A DNA stretch of 45,047 bases, from contig NZ_DATEJS010000221.1 of the NCBI RefSeq assembly GCF_035277845.1, forward strand, positions 1 through 45,047, read 5' to 3'. Of the stretch, positions 35,231 through 44,901 are shown piece by piece. Each line of letters begins with the position of its first letter. The first letter of the stretch is position 1. The position numbers and the translations under genes are program-made. This DNA comes from Microbacterium sp. (lineage in GTDB: Bacteria > Actinomycetota > Actinomycetes > Actinomycetales > Microbacteriaceae). The notes under the pieces were generated by a model. The model worked only from the letters and a program-made list of their open reading frames with translations, did no database searches and had not been told where the DNA came from.

Positions 35231-36211
35231 ATGAGAAGCAGCGGCACCCGGCCCCGCAGCGCCGACGCCTCCGCGATCGCGCGCGCATCCCGCATCGTCA
35301 CCGCCCAGATCACGGCCGTCGCCGCCGTGATCGTCGCGCTCGTCGTGATCGTCTCGGTGACGTATGTGATCCACCAGTCGCAGCCGCGGGAACGGCTCGA
35401 GAAGCCGCCGCCGGGCGAGACGCGCATCTACGCCGACGCTCAGACGGTGTGGGTCGCCCTCGTGGTGGTCGGGGCGGGAGCCATCATCGTCGCCGCGCTG
35501 CTGAGCTGGCTCATCGCCCGTCGCGCCGTGCGCCCCCTCGGCGAGGCACTCCGCATGCAGCGGACGTTCGTGGCGGACGCCAGCCACGAGCTGCGCACCC
35601 CGCTGACGGTGATCGGAGCGCGCGTGGAGGTGCTCAAGCAGGAGCTCGACGCCGGCGAGGATCCGACCGAGAACCTCGACGAACTGCGCTCCGACGTCAA
35701 CGCACTCGGCGACGTGATCACAGACCTGCTGCTCGCTTCCTCCCCCCGGGAGGACACGGCTGAGCCGTACGCGGTCGCGGAGGTCATCGAGCCGACAGCG
35801 GACGACCTGCGCCTGCTGGGCCGGGCACGCGGTGTCCGGCTGAACGTGACCGCGGATGCGGGTGTCACCACGCGCGTCCCCACCGCGACGCTGCGCCGGA
35901 GCGTCGTCGCCCTCGTCGACAACGCGATCGTCCACTCTCCCGACGGGAGCACGGTCGACATCACCGTCAGACGGGCCTCGCGCGGAATGTTCGCCCTGAT
36001 CGTCACCGACCACGGCCCGGGCCTCATCGGCATCGACAAGTTCCGCATCTTCGAGCGCTTCGCCCACAGCGACACCGGCGCCGTGCGCACGGGCTTCGGG
36101 CTGGGGCTGGCGCTGGTGCGTGATCTCGCCGACCGACACGGCGGCCGGATCGAGGTCACCGACACGTCATCCGCGGGAACCACGTTCACTCTGACGCTGC
36201 CAAGTGCCTGA
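35231..36211 (+). CDS. Sensor histidine kinase
   Basis: Two TMs; H box DASHELRTPL; LVDNAI; DHGPG; IFERF; GFGLGL. Confidence 0.95.
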   Translation: MRSSGTRPRSADASAIARASRIVTAQITAVAAVIVALVVIVSVTYVIHQSQPRERLEKPPPGETRIYADAQTVWVALVVVGAGAIIVAALLSWLIARRAVRPLGEALRMQRTFVADASHELRTPLTVIGARVEVLKQELDAGEDPTENLDELRSDVNALGDVITDLLLASSPREDTAEPYAVAEVIEPTADDLRLLGRARGVRLNVTADAGVTTRVPTATLRRSVVALVDNAIVHSPDGSTVDITVRRASRGMFALIVTDHGPGLIGIDKFRIFERFAHSDTGAVRTGFGLGLALVRDLADRHGGRIEVTDTSSAGTTFTLTLPSA

Positions 36212-36222
36212 ACACGCCCGCA

Positions 36223-36239
36223 TCTGAGTCGTTTCTCAG
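36223..36239 (+). promoter_or_regulatory. Candidate OmpR-family (MprA-box-like) direct repeat
   Basis: TCTGAG-N5-TCTCAG between the kinase and the next gene. Confidence 0.45.
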
Positions 36240-36262
36240 AGCCCGCTGCCTTCACTGGTGGG

Positions 36263-37060
36263 ATGCAGCCTCTCGTGACCGGCCACCGGGATCACGCCCC
36301 GCGCCGGCCGGCGTTGCAGCGGGTTCCCGATCCGACCCCGCTGTTCTGGGCGACCAAGGCGGTGTCCACCGCACTGGGCGAGGCGGCGTCCGACTTCAGC
36401 ATCCACGTCATGCCGCCCGTGGTGGCCGTGCTGTGCGGCTTCGCCGCGTTCGTGGTGGCGCTGACGATCCAATTGACCCGGCACCGCTACCGGCCGTGGG
36501 CGTACTGGCTGACGGTCGCCATGGTGGGCGTGTTCGGCACGATGGCCGCGGACGTGGTGCACGTGGTGCTCGGGGTGCCGTATCTGCTGTCCACGGCGTT
36601 CTACGCGCTGGTGCTGGCGACGGTGTTCGTGCTGTGGCGGCGGGTGGAGGGGACGCTGTCCGTGCACGCGGTCACCACCCCGCGCCGCGAGCTGTTCTAC
36701 TGGGCCGCGGTCGTCGCGACGTTCGCGATGGGCACGGCTCTGGGCGACCTGACGGCCTACAGTCTGGGGCTCGGCTACGTCACGTCGATCGCGCTGTTCG
36801 CCGTCGTGATCGTGGTGCCGGCGCTCGGATACCGGCGCTGGAGCTGGAACGCCGTCTTCAGCTTCTGGTTCGCGTACGTCGTGACGCGGCCGCTCGGGGC
36901 ATCCGTCGCCGATTGGCTCGGCAAGCCGACCGCGGACGGCGGCCTCGGGATCGGCGGCGGCTGGGTGACCCTCGTGTTCGCGCTCGTCATGGCGCTGCTC
37001 GTCGGCGTCATGTACGTGCCCATCTCGCGCCGCCGGTCACTGCAGGACGACCTCGCCTGA
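36263..37060 (+). CDS. COG4705/DUF347-type membrane protein
   Basis: Repeated motifs FW..K..ST.LGE..SD, YW......VFGTMAAD, YWAAVVATFAMGTALGD, FWFAYVVTRPLGAS.AD. Confidence 0.9.
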   Translation: MQPLVTGHRDHAPRRPALQRVPDPTPLFWATKAVSTALGEAASDFSIHVMPPVVAVLCGFAAFVVALTIQLTRHRYRPWAYWLTVAMVGVFGTMAADVVHVVLGVPYLLSTAFYALVLATVFVLWRRVEGTLSVHAVTTPRRELFYWAAVVATFAMGTALGDLTAYSLGLGYVTSIALFAVVIVVPALGYRRWSWNAVFSFWFAYVVTRPLGASVADWLGKPTADGGLGIGGGWVTLVFALVMALLVGVMYVPISRRRSLQDDLA

Positions 37061-37100
37061 CCTTCCGCGCCGCGCCTCCGCCGCATTCTAGGCTCATACC

Positions 37101-37847
37101 GTGACGACGACGGTGCTGATCTCCACCCTCATCGGCGTCGCCGTGCTGATCGCCGTGGCGACGGGCGTGCTCGCGCTGTTCGGCGCGCCGCACCGCTGGG
37201 CCGCCGCGCTCGCCGTGCTGCGCGGGATGCTGCAGCTCGCCGTCGTCAGCGTCATCCTCACGGGCGTCATCACGAGCGGCCTCTGGGTGGGGCTCGCGCT
37301 CCTCGTGATGTTCGTGGTGGCATCCTCGACCGCCACGCACCGGATCGGATGGTCGCGTCGGCACGGCCTGATGATGTTCTCGTCGATGGCCGCCGGCATC
37401 GTCGTGACGCTCGGGGTGGTCTTCGCCACCGGCGCCATCGAGTTCTCCGCGCGCTACGTGCTGGCGATCGGCGGCATCGTCATCGGCAACTCGATGAGCA
37501 TCGCCACCCTCGCCGGGCGCCGGTTCACCGAGCTGACCATCGACAAGTGGGACGAGGTCGAGGGGTGGATGTCGCTCGGCGCCACGCCTCGGCAGTCCAC
37601 CCGGGAGCTGGCCCGGCAGGCGGTCTATGCGGCCCTCATCCCCTCGACCGACCAGACGAAGACGACGGGCCTCGTGACGCTCCCCGGCGCGTTCGTCGGT
37701 GCGATCTTCGGTGGCGTCTCGCCCCTCGAGGCGGGCCGGTTCCAGATCGTCGTGCTCGCGGGGATCATGGCCGCCGGGGCTGTGACCGCGGTGCTGGTGG
37801 CGCTCTGGCTGGCACCCGTCCGGGTGAAACCCGTCGCCCTGCGCTGA
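37101..37847 (+). CDS. ABC transporter permease, UPF0014/FetB-like
   Basis: LRGMLQL, GIVIGNSM, LGATP, GLVTLPGAFVG.IFGG.SP..A..FQI. Confidence 0.9.
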   Translation: MTTTVLISTLIGVAVLIAVATGVLALFGAPHRWAAALAVLRGMLQLAVVSVILTGVITSGLWVGLALLVMFVVASSTATHRIGWSRRHGLMMFSSMAAGIVVTLGVVFATGAIEFSARYVLAIGGIVIGNSMSIATLAGRRFTELTIDKWDEVEGWMSLGATPRQSTRELARQAVYAALIPSTDQTKTTGLVTLPGAFVGAIFGGVSPLEAGRFQIVVLAGIMAAGAVTAVLVALWLAPVRVKPVALR

Positions 37848-37953
37848 GCCGGCCGAGTTATCCACAGGCCGACGGCCGCCGGTTGAAGCGGCATCCCCAC
37901 TGCGTGTTGCATGGTGCGACAAGACCAGTCGTCGACCGCTCAGGGGGAGCACC

Positions 37954-38367
37954 ATGACGCTGCACGCCGTCCCGACGCCGATCAACCCTGCCCCGCGCTC
38001 CGGCGCGGCAGGCGAGCGGACTGACCCGCTGCCGGACCCGACGCCGCTGCTGCGCAACCTCACCCAGGGCGTCCTCGAGGTCATCGCGGGGATGCGCCCG
38101 ATCGAGCATCTGGCGCGCTGGGTGTCGGAGGAGGCGTTCCGCACCCTGGTGATCCGCTCGAATCTCGCAGCGCGGGCCCGCAGTGCGCGCGGCGTCCGCG
38201 CCACGACCTCTCCCCTGGTCGTCACCACGGTGCGCTGCACCTGGCCCGCCGACAATGCCGTCGAGGCGACTGTCATCGTGGCGGGCCGGGCCCGGACGCG
38301 TGCGGTGGCGATCCGGCTGGACGAATTCCGCGGTCGGTGGCGCGCGAGCAGCATCGCACTGCTTTAA
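37954..38367 (+). CDS. Rv3235-family protein
   Basis: LEVIAGMRPIEHLARWVS, VEATVIV, RTRAVAIRLD..RGRWRA. Confidence 0.88.
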   Translation: MTLHAVPTPINPAPRSGAAGERTDPLPDPTPLLRNLTQGVLEVIAGMRPIEHLARWVSEEAFRTLVIRSNLAARARSARGVRATTSPLVVTTVRCTWPADNAVEATVIVAGRARTRAVAIRLDEFRGRWRASSIALL

Positions 38368-38472
38368 GAGGATTCTCATAGATAGACGGGGTCGAGAATG
38401 CTTCCTGAGAGTTTCTGATGTGTTCAAATGAATCAGCTGGAAGCAAGGATGCCTGAGAGCCGAGGAGAGCGA

Positions 38473-38877
38473 ATGCCTGCGACATCTGCGAAAGCCCTCA
38501 CGTGGGATGAGGATGACCGTCGCCGCCCGGTCGCCGCGCTGCCCGATCCGGAGGCGCTGATCCGGAACCTCACCCGCGGGGTCCTCGAAGTGCACGCCGG
38601 CGTGCGCGAGCCCGCTCAGCTGGCCCGCTTCCTCGCGCACGAGCCCTACCAGCGGCTCATCGAGCACACCCTGCTCGCGGCGCGCGGCCGCAGCCGGCGC
38701 ACCGAGCCCGCAGTCAGGCAGGCCTATGACGTCGTCAGCGTGCGCTGGACGGCCCCGGTCGCGGAAGCCATCGAGGCCGCGGTCGTCGTGCGGACCGCCG
38801 ATCGGGTCCGCGCGATCACGATGAGGCTCGAGTCGTCCGGCTCCCGCTGGCGCGCGACATCGATCGTCGTCGTCTGA
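38473..38877 (+). CDS. Rv3235-family protein (tandem paralog)
   Basis: LPDPEALIRNLTRGVLEV.AG.R...QLAR; RVRAITMRLE....RWRA. ATG 38473 follows GAGGAG; in-frame ATGs also at 38428 and 38449. Confidence 0.85.
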   Translation: MPATSAKALTWDEDDRRRPVAALPDPEALIRNLTRGVLEVHAGVREPAQLARFLAHEPYQRLIEHTLLAARGRSRRTEPAVRQAYDVVSVRWTAPVAEAIEAAVVVRTADRVRAITMRLESSGSRWRATSIVVV

Positions 38878-38922
38878 CCGACCTCCCGGCTGACGAGGCA
38901 CCCTGCCGGTACCCTGAAGGCG

Positions 38923-40227
38923 ATGACCTCGCCCTCTCCGGCCGCCCCGACGCGGTGGCTTCCGGCGCTGCTCCACTCCGCCGGGATGGCGCGGGCGTTC
39001 ACGCTCGCCGCCTTCGCGGCGGTGCTGTCCACCAACGCGATCCAGTGGCTGGCCGGCACCGTGACCTACGTCGCGGTGGTCGTCGGGCTGTGTCTCATCG
39101 GTCTCGGGATGCTGATCGCCCGCCGGCAGGAGATCCGGTTCCTGCATCTGGTGCCGATCTCGCTGCTCGCCTTCGTCGGCTGGTGCGCGATCAGTGCGTT
39201 CTGGAGCGATTCCCCGTCGAACACCGTCATCGGCACCATCTCGCAGCTCGGCATCGCGTTCCTCGCCATCGTCGTCGGGCATGTGCGCGACACCCTCCAG
39301 ACCGCCCGCGCGCTCGGGGACGTCATGCGCTGGCTGCTGTCCATCTCGCTCGGGCTCGAGATCGTCATCGGCATCCTGCTGCCCACTCCCCTGCACCTGT
39401 TCGGAATCGACGGGAACATCGCAGAGCTCGGGCCGATCGAGGGCATCTTCGGATCCCGCAACATGCTCGGCTTCGTCGCCGTGCTCGCCCTCGTGACGTT
39501 CTTCATCGAGTGGCGCAGCGCCTCGGTCTCGCCGCGGCTCGCCGGGTTCTCCGTCGCCCTCGCCGGCATCCTCGCGGTGCTCAGCCGCTCCCCCACGGTG
39601 TTCGTGCTCGCCGCCGCCGTCGGACTCGCGACCGCGGCGCTCACGCTGGTGCGGCAGGTGCGGCCGCACAACCGCCCCGTGGTGCAGTGGGTGCTCGGCG
39701 TGGCCGTGGTCATCGGCGTCGTCACCGCCTACCTGCTGCGCCACCAGATCATCCGCGCAGCCGGGTCGGAATTCTCGATCCGCGCCAACCTGTGGCGCAC
39801 GCTGGCGCCCTACGTGCGCACCTACCCGGTGCAGGGCTTCGGCTGGTTCGGCCCGTGGCCGGGCGACCAGTACCCGTTCGACACGATCAACTACCTGCTC
39901 GACCGCAACTACACGACCTCGCTCAACGGCTACGCCGACCTGCTGCTGCAGGTCGGCTGGGTGGGCCTGTTCCTGTTCGTCGGCCTCGCCGGGGTCGCCG
40001 TCGTGCGCTCGTGGCTCGTCGCCAGCCAGCGCGGCTCGATCGTCTACGCCTGGGTGCCGCTCGTTCTCGTCACGATCCTCACCAACTCGGTGTTCGAGAG
40101 CGTCGCACTGTTCGGTGCCGGGTGGATGATCCTCGTCGTCTGCGCGGTGCGGGCCGGGCAGACCCGCTCGTGGCGGGAGCGGCTGTCCGCCTCGACACCG
40201 GACGAGCCGCTGCCGCACAGGGCGTGA
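38923..40227 (+). CDS. O-antigen ligase/Wzy-like membrane protein
   Basis: Many TMs; GIFGSRNMLG, R.NLW, PVQGFGW, NGYADLLLQVGWVGL. Confidence 0.85.
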   Translation: MTSPSPAAPTRWLPALLHSAGMARAFTLAAFAAVLSTNAIQWLAGTVTYVAVVVGLCLIGLGMLIARRQEIRFLHLVPISLLAFVGWCAISAFWSDSPSNTVIGTISQLGIAFLAIVVGHVRDTLQTARALGDVMRWLLSISLGLEIVIGILLPTPLHLFGIDGNIAELGPIEGIFGSRNMLGFVAVLALVTFFIEWRSASVSPRLAGFSVALAGILAVLSRSPTVFVLAAAVGLATAALTLVRQVRPHNRPVVQWVLGVAVVIGVVTAYLLRHQIIRAAGSEFSIRANLWRTLAPYVRTYPVQGFGWFGPWPGDQYPFDTINYLLDRNYTTSLNGYADLLLQVGWVGLFLFVGLAGVAVVRSWLVASQRGSIVYAWVPLVLVTILTNSVFESVALFGAGWMILVVCAVRAGQTRSWRERLSASTPDEPLPHRA

Positions 40228-40288
40228 ATCCGCGGGCCCGCGCGTTCTCGGAGGGTCGCGCACGCCTCGGCGGGAACCGCCGGGGCCC

Positions 40289-42121
40289 CTACTTGCCGGT
40301 GGTGACCAGGCTCGCGCAGGTCGGCGAGACCGTGGTGTTCGCGACGGGGGTCACGGTCGGGGTGGTCGCGATCGAGAACGGACCGCGCACGCCCTTGGGG
40401 ATCGTGCTCGTGTAGGACACCGTCTTGCTGGTGCCGGACGGCACGAAGATGCGGATGCTCTGCACGTTGCGGCCGTCCTCGAAGCCGATCTTGGCGTCCC
40501 ACGGCGAGTCTCCGCCGAGTGGCGCCACACCGGTGATGGTCGATCCGGGGGGCGCGAAGTACATCACGTCGTCGACCAGCGTGGTTCGCGGCAGGTTGTA
40601 CTTGGGGCGGTGGCTGAGCTGGTAGCTCGCCAGTCCCAGCAACGGCGCGTTGTTCGTGAGCGTGATCGACTCGGTCATCGTGCCGGCCGCGGCGTTGCAG
40701 GTGAGCGTCACCTTCGTCTTCATGAAGTACTCGAGCTTGCTGTAGTTCGCGTCGTTCAGGAAGATGCCGGCTTGCGTCGTCTTCTTGTTGGTCGTCTCGA
40801 GGTCGCCCTGCATGCCGAACTCGTTCGCCATCTTCTGCTCGGCGGGGCGAAGGAACCAGGCGTGCAGACGGTCCTGCTTGATCGCGGTCTGGAACTCGGC
40901 GAGCATCTTCATGAGGTCGTAGTTGCCGGACGAGACCTTCGCGAACACCTTCTGGGCGACGCTCCCGAAGAAAAGGTCCTGCGCCGCGTTGCCCTTGTAG
41001 CGCTTGTAGGCGTCGTTGAGCAGCGCATCGACCACGTTCGTGGAGTCGAGCGTGCGCCCGTCGTGGGACTTGATCGGCCCGGTCACCTTCAGCATGTACG
41101 ACAGCACCACCGGGTCGAGCGAGATGACGCCGTCGAGGTGACCGCCGCGGGCGATGTTCCACAGCGAGTCGAAGGCCTCCGCCGTCGTGGTGAAGTTCGG
41201 GGTGCGCGTGAAGTTGCCGAAGCCCTTGAACGTGTCCGCCTCGTACAGCGCCTGCGTCTCGTACGGCGGATAGATGACCTGGATGTCGCGCGGGAAGCTG
41301 AAGGTGCTCGTCTGCCCCTCGAGCTTGAAGTGGCCGTCGTCGATCTGGATGATCGCGGTGGCGGCGGGAAGGCCCCCCTGCGCACGCGCCTCGGCGAGGT
41401 TCTGGAAGATCAGCATGTAGGTGCGCTTCTCATGCGCACCGGCGATATCGAGCAGCGTGGGCAGGTAGTGCTCCACAGTGTCGAGGGCGGGCCCGGCCTG
41501 GTCGACGATCTTGGTGAGCGAGGAGATCGCGTCGCTCACCACGGGCAGGATGTTCTTGCGGTCGACGCCCGCCAGGGTCGTCTTGGCCTCGGCGAAGGCG
41601 GTGCGGATCTGGGGCAGCGAGCCGCTCGCGGCGACCACGGGCTCGAGGTTGATCCCGCCCCCGTTGACCGACATCTTGTCGATCTTCAGTGCCCCGAGCA
41701 GCTTGACGCCCGCCGGGAGCGCGCCTTCGGCGAGGATGTTGGTCGCCTCGGTGGCGCGGCGCACCGCGTCGACGTTCGCTCCGACGAGGGGCACCTTGAC
41801 GGCGAGGTCCCAGAGCGGGCCGTTCACCGTGTCCGCCGCGTTCTGGGTCTGTGCGAGCACGTCGTCGCCGACCTTGGCGATCTGTGCCGAATCGCCGTTC
41901 TTCACGTAGTGCATGATCGACGAGAGCTGCGCCTTCGCCGAGTTCAGGTCGTTCTCCACCGACACGGCCTGCGCCGCGAAGATCCCGGCCACGACGACGG
42001 CGCCGCCGATGATCACAAGCGGGACGCCGAGGAACCACGGCCATCGCCGGCCGCGCTTGCGCGCGGCGTGACGACCGCCACGATCCGCACGATAGCGGCC
42101 GGGATGAGGGTTTTTGGGCAC
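40289..42121 (-). CDS. DUF4012 domain-containing membrane-anchored protein
   Basis: N-terminal TM; RTYMLIFQNLAEARAQGG, TPNF, DGVISLDPVVLS..L..TGP, SKLEYF. Confidence 0.9.
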   Translation of the reverse strand: MPKNPHPGRYRADRGGRHAARKRGRRWPWFLGVPLVIIGGAVVVAGIFAAQAVSVENDLNSAKAQLSSIMHYVKNGDSAQIAKVGDDVLAQTQNAADTVNGPLWDLAVKVPLVGANVDAVRRATEATNILAEGALPAGVKLLGALKIDKMSVNGGGINLEPVVAASGSLPQIRTAFAEAKTTLAGVDRKNILPVVSDAISSLTKIVDQAGPALDTVEHYLPTLLDIAGAHEKRTYMLIFQNLAEARAQGGLPAATAIIQIDDGHFKLEGQTSTFSFPRDIQVIYPPYETQALYEADTFKGFGNFTRTPNFTTTAEAFDSLWNIARGGHLDGVISLDPVVLSYMLKVTGPIKSHDGRTLDSTNVVDALLNDAYKRYKGNAAQDLFFGSVAQKVFAKVSSGNYDLMKMLAEFQTAIKQDRLHAWFLRPAEQKMANEFGMQGDLETTNKKTTQAGIFLNDANYSKLEYFMKTKVTLTCNAAAGTMTESITLTNNAPLLGLASYQLSHRPKYNLPRTTLVDDVMYFAPPGSTITGVAPLGGDSPWDAKIGFEDGRNVQSIRIFVPSGTSKTVSYTSTIPKGVRGPFSIATTPTVTPVANTTVSPTCASLVTTGK

Positions 42122-42264
42122 CAGACGACACTATCGCCCGACGACTGGGATGCCGCCCAGAGGCGCCCCGGACGGAGCAGGGAAGCGCCCGGGACCATGC
42201 CCATACCCGCATGGATCACGGGTGACGCCGCCGCGTCGGTCGCACCGGCGAGCGGAGCCGGCGG

Positions 42265-44841
42265 TCACTGCCAGCGATCGGGGGCCGCTCCGCGACAGCG
42301 CTCATCGAGATCGCGGCGGGTCCGCGCTTCGAGCATCGCACGGTGCACGCGCTCCCGGTTGCGGCCGTCGCGGACGGGGAACGTGCGCTCCATGCGCTCC
42401 CGGTACTCACCGGCGACGCCGTTCTGCCAGGCATCCGCGATCGCATCCGCCGCCTCGTCCGCCGTCTCTGCGACCGGACCGAATCCGTGCGTCGGGTAGG
42501 CGAAGTACGCAGTGCGCTCGGTGTGGCCGGCCGCGTACTCCTCCTGATCGAACTGGTAGTAGACCACCGGCCTGTGCAGGTAGGCCGCGTTGAAGGCGAC
42601 CGACGAATAGTCGGTGACGAGCACGCGCGCCCCGACGACGACCTCGCGGACATCCTGATCCGCGTACGAGAACACCTCGATCTCGGACGGCAGGTCGAAC
42701 TCGTCCAGGTAGGGGCGCATGTTCGGATGCGGCATGAAGATGAGCCGGGCGCCCCGCTCGCGCCGCAGTGCGAGAAGCCGGTCGTCGTGCAGAAGGTCGC
42801 TGAGCGCCGCTCCGTAGCGGGTGTCGCTCAGCACCCGCGTCTGCGGCCTGTCATCGGTGCTCGCACCGAGATCACCGACCAGGTAGTCCCGCCAGGTGGG
42901 CATGATGACGACGTTCTCGCCCTGCCCCCCGTCCGCCGCAGCCCGTTCCAGCAGCACGTCGAATCGCGGAAGCCCGGTCAGACGCACCTCCTTCGCACCC
43001 AGCCGGTAGGGCGAGCAGGAGCTGATGTAGTCGTACTCGGCCTCGGTGGAGGTCACCAGCACGTCCACCCGCTTCGTGTTCAGCCACAGCGAGAGGTCGC
43101 CCTTGATCACGCCGTGCTGCAGGAACGTGAACGTGTACCGGGCCGGCCGGTACTTGTTCGGCAGGGCGCCGGTGATGAAACGGTCGGCGTGACTCGATGC
43201 GAGGTGGTCGGCATTCACGAGCAGCGCGTAGAACTCGGGTGATCCGTACGCGACCAGCCGTGCCCCGCGCTTGCTCAACCGGTGCCAGTCGCGGGTGCCG
43301 CGGCGCACGATGAACCAGGCGTTCACGTCGGGGTGGTTCTCCCTGACCCACCAGTACATGTCCTCGGCGCTGTCGTTGGCATCGATCTCACGGTCGATGA
43401 ACGCCCACGCGTGCGCGAACTTCGATGCGAGCCTCGGCGAGCGCACGGCGAGGTCGCGCCGGAGGAGCGAGAGGAGCTGCCCCTGGAGTCGGCGCCGGAT
43501 CGCGTCCCGCACCCGGGCGACCCGCGTTCGCACGGCGGCCGAGCGCGGCCCCGTCTCGAAGGCGCCGCCGGTGCCGTCGGCGGGCTCCGCAACCGCCTCG
43601 ACGGGCACGCCGTCGAGGCTCAGCCGCACGTCGGCGTCGTCCGGCACCCAGAGCGTGCGCTCCCACGCGATCGGGCGGCCGACGTACTCCAGCTCCTGCA
43701 CCTTGGTGAACCGCGGCTCGATGATCCGGCCGTCCGACACGAGCTCCTCGGCGGGCACGGGTCCGACGAACCGGTACACGAAGGACTTCAGCCCGCGCAG
43801 CCGGTCATCCGCCCCGCGGTACACGTCGGAGTGCCCGCTGCCGCGCTTGGCGAGCAGAAGGGCATCCCGCATCCACTGCGCCACCGGCATCAGGTCGAAC
43901 GATCGGATGGCGTCCTCGTCCACGTGCTGCAGGTAGCCCGGGATGAGGTCGCGGAGCTCGTCGTGCATCGTCTCCGGGTACGACGCCTGCCGCACGGCCG
44001 TCGTCTGCGAGGACCGCAGGATCCAGAACTGGTCGTACAGGAAGAGGTTCTGGGTCCAGCGAGGAAGCGGGCGCCCGAGCCGCTCGGCCTCGGCGATGAC
44101 GCCGTGGAACCCGTAGCGGATCGTGTCGGTGTACTTGCGCGGATCCGCGAAGCTCGACTGGATCGTGGACGAGGCATCCGCCCGCTGACGGTAGTGATAG
44201 TCCGCCTGAGGGACGAACACGACCACCGGACGTTCGCAGTTCAGCAGGTAGCGCGAGATGAAGCTGCCGTCCTCGAAGCGCAGCCGCAGCTCCTCCGGGA
44301 AGGTGATGCCCGCCCGGCGGACGACGTCCGCGCGCACGAACCCGGACGTGACGTGCGGCTGGATCCACTCGGGGTCGCGCTCGAGATCGACGACCTTCTC
44401 ACCGCCGCGGAACCGGTCGGTCAGCGCGTGCGTGTCCTTGACCTCTCCGACGTCTTCGTGCCACATCAGCAGGCGGCACGAGATCACCGCGGCATGGGCC
44501 GCGGACGCCCTCTCCGCGGCTGCCGCGACCAGCTCGAAATACTCGTCGGACAGGACGTCGTCCGGGTCGGGGAACGTGAGCCAGTCGCCATCGGCCGCCG
44601 CGAGTCCGAGGTTGCGCGCGGATGCCTGCCCGCCGTTCGGCTTCGAGAGCACCGTCACGTTCGCACGATCCCGGGCGAACTCCTGCGCGAGCTGAAGCGT
44701 GCCGTCGGTCGAACCGTCGTCGACGAGGATGACCTGCAGCCGGTCGAGCCCGTAGGTCTGACGTTCCAGGGACGCCAGGAACTCGGGGAGATATCTCTCG
44801 ACGTTGTACATCGGGGAGATCACGGAGAACTGATGGCCCAC
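42265..44841 (-). CDS. Bifunctional GT2 glycosyltransferase / CDP-glycerol glycerophosphotransferase (TagF-like)
   Basis: N-terminal SVISPMYNVERYL, VDDGSTD, ARN.GL, DPDD; C-terminal FLQHG, GLPRFD, MPTWR, TDYSSV. Confidence 0.93.
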   Translation of the reverse strand: MGHQFSVISPMYNVERYLPEFLASLERQTYGLDRLQVILVDDGSTDGTLQLAQEFARDRANVTVLSKPNGGQASARNLGLAAADGDWLTFPDPDDVLSDEYFELVAAAAERASAAHAAVISCRLLMWHEDVGEVKDTHALTDRFRGGEKVVDLERDPEWIQPHVTSGFVRADVVRRAGITFPEELRLRFEDGSFISRYLLNCERPVVVFVPQADYHYRQRADASSTIQSSFADPRKYTDTIRYGFHGVIAEAERLGRPLPRWTQNLFLYDQFWILRSSQTTAVRQASYPETMHDELRDLIPGYLQHVDEDAIRSFDLMPVAQWMRDALLLAKRGSGHSDVYRGADDRLRGLKSFVYRFVGPVPAEELVSDGRIIEPRFTKVQELEYVGRPIAWERTLWVPDDADVRLSLDGVPVEAVAEPADGTGGAFETGPRSAAVRTRVARVRDAIRRRLQGQLLSLLRRDLAVRSPRLASKFAHAWAFIDREIDANDSAEDMYWWVRENHPDVNAWFIVRRGTRDWHRLSKRGARLVAYGSPEFYALLVNADHLASSHADRFITGALPNKYRPARYTFTFLQHGVIKGDLSLWLNTKRVDVLVTSTEAEYDYISSCSPYRLGAKEVRLTGLPRFDVLLERAAADGGQGENVVIMPTWRDYLVGDLGASTDDRPQTRVLSDTRYGAALSDLLHDDRLLALRRERGARLIFMPHPNMRPYLDEFDLPSEIEVFSYADQDVREVVVGARVLVTDYSSVAFNAAYLHRPVVYYQFDQEEYAAGHTERTAYFAYPTHGFGPVAETADEAADAIADAWQNGVAGEYRERMERTFPVRDGRNRERVHRAMLEARTRRDLDERCRGAAPDRWQ

Positions 44842-44901
44842 CGCACGAATCTATCCGATGCCCGATCCGGGCATCGGACAGCGTCCTCAGCCGAGAGCTC
44901 T

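Noticed and set aside
37858-37866. Perfect DnaA box TTATCCACA
   Set aside because: Single copy with no cluster, unwinding element or dnaA/dnaN; not an origin. A regulatory role cannot be supported from one site.
37858-40263. Long alternative ORFs (801 aa here; also 30122-31894, 40610-42499, 23481-25271)
   Set aside because: They overlap well-supported genes antisense or out of frame and lack motifs; typical stop-poor shadows in high-GC DNA.
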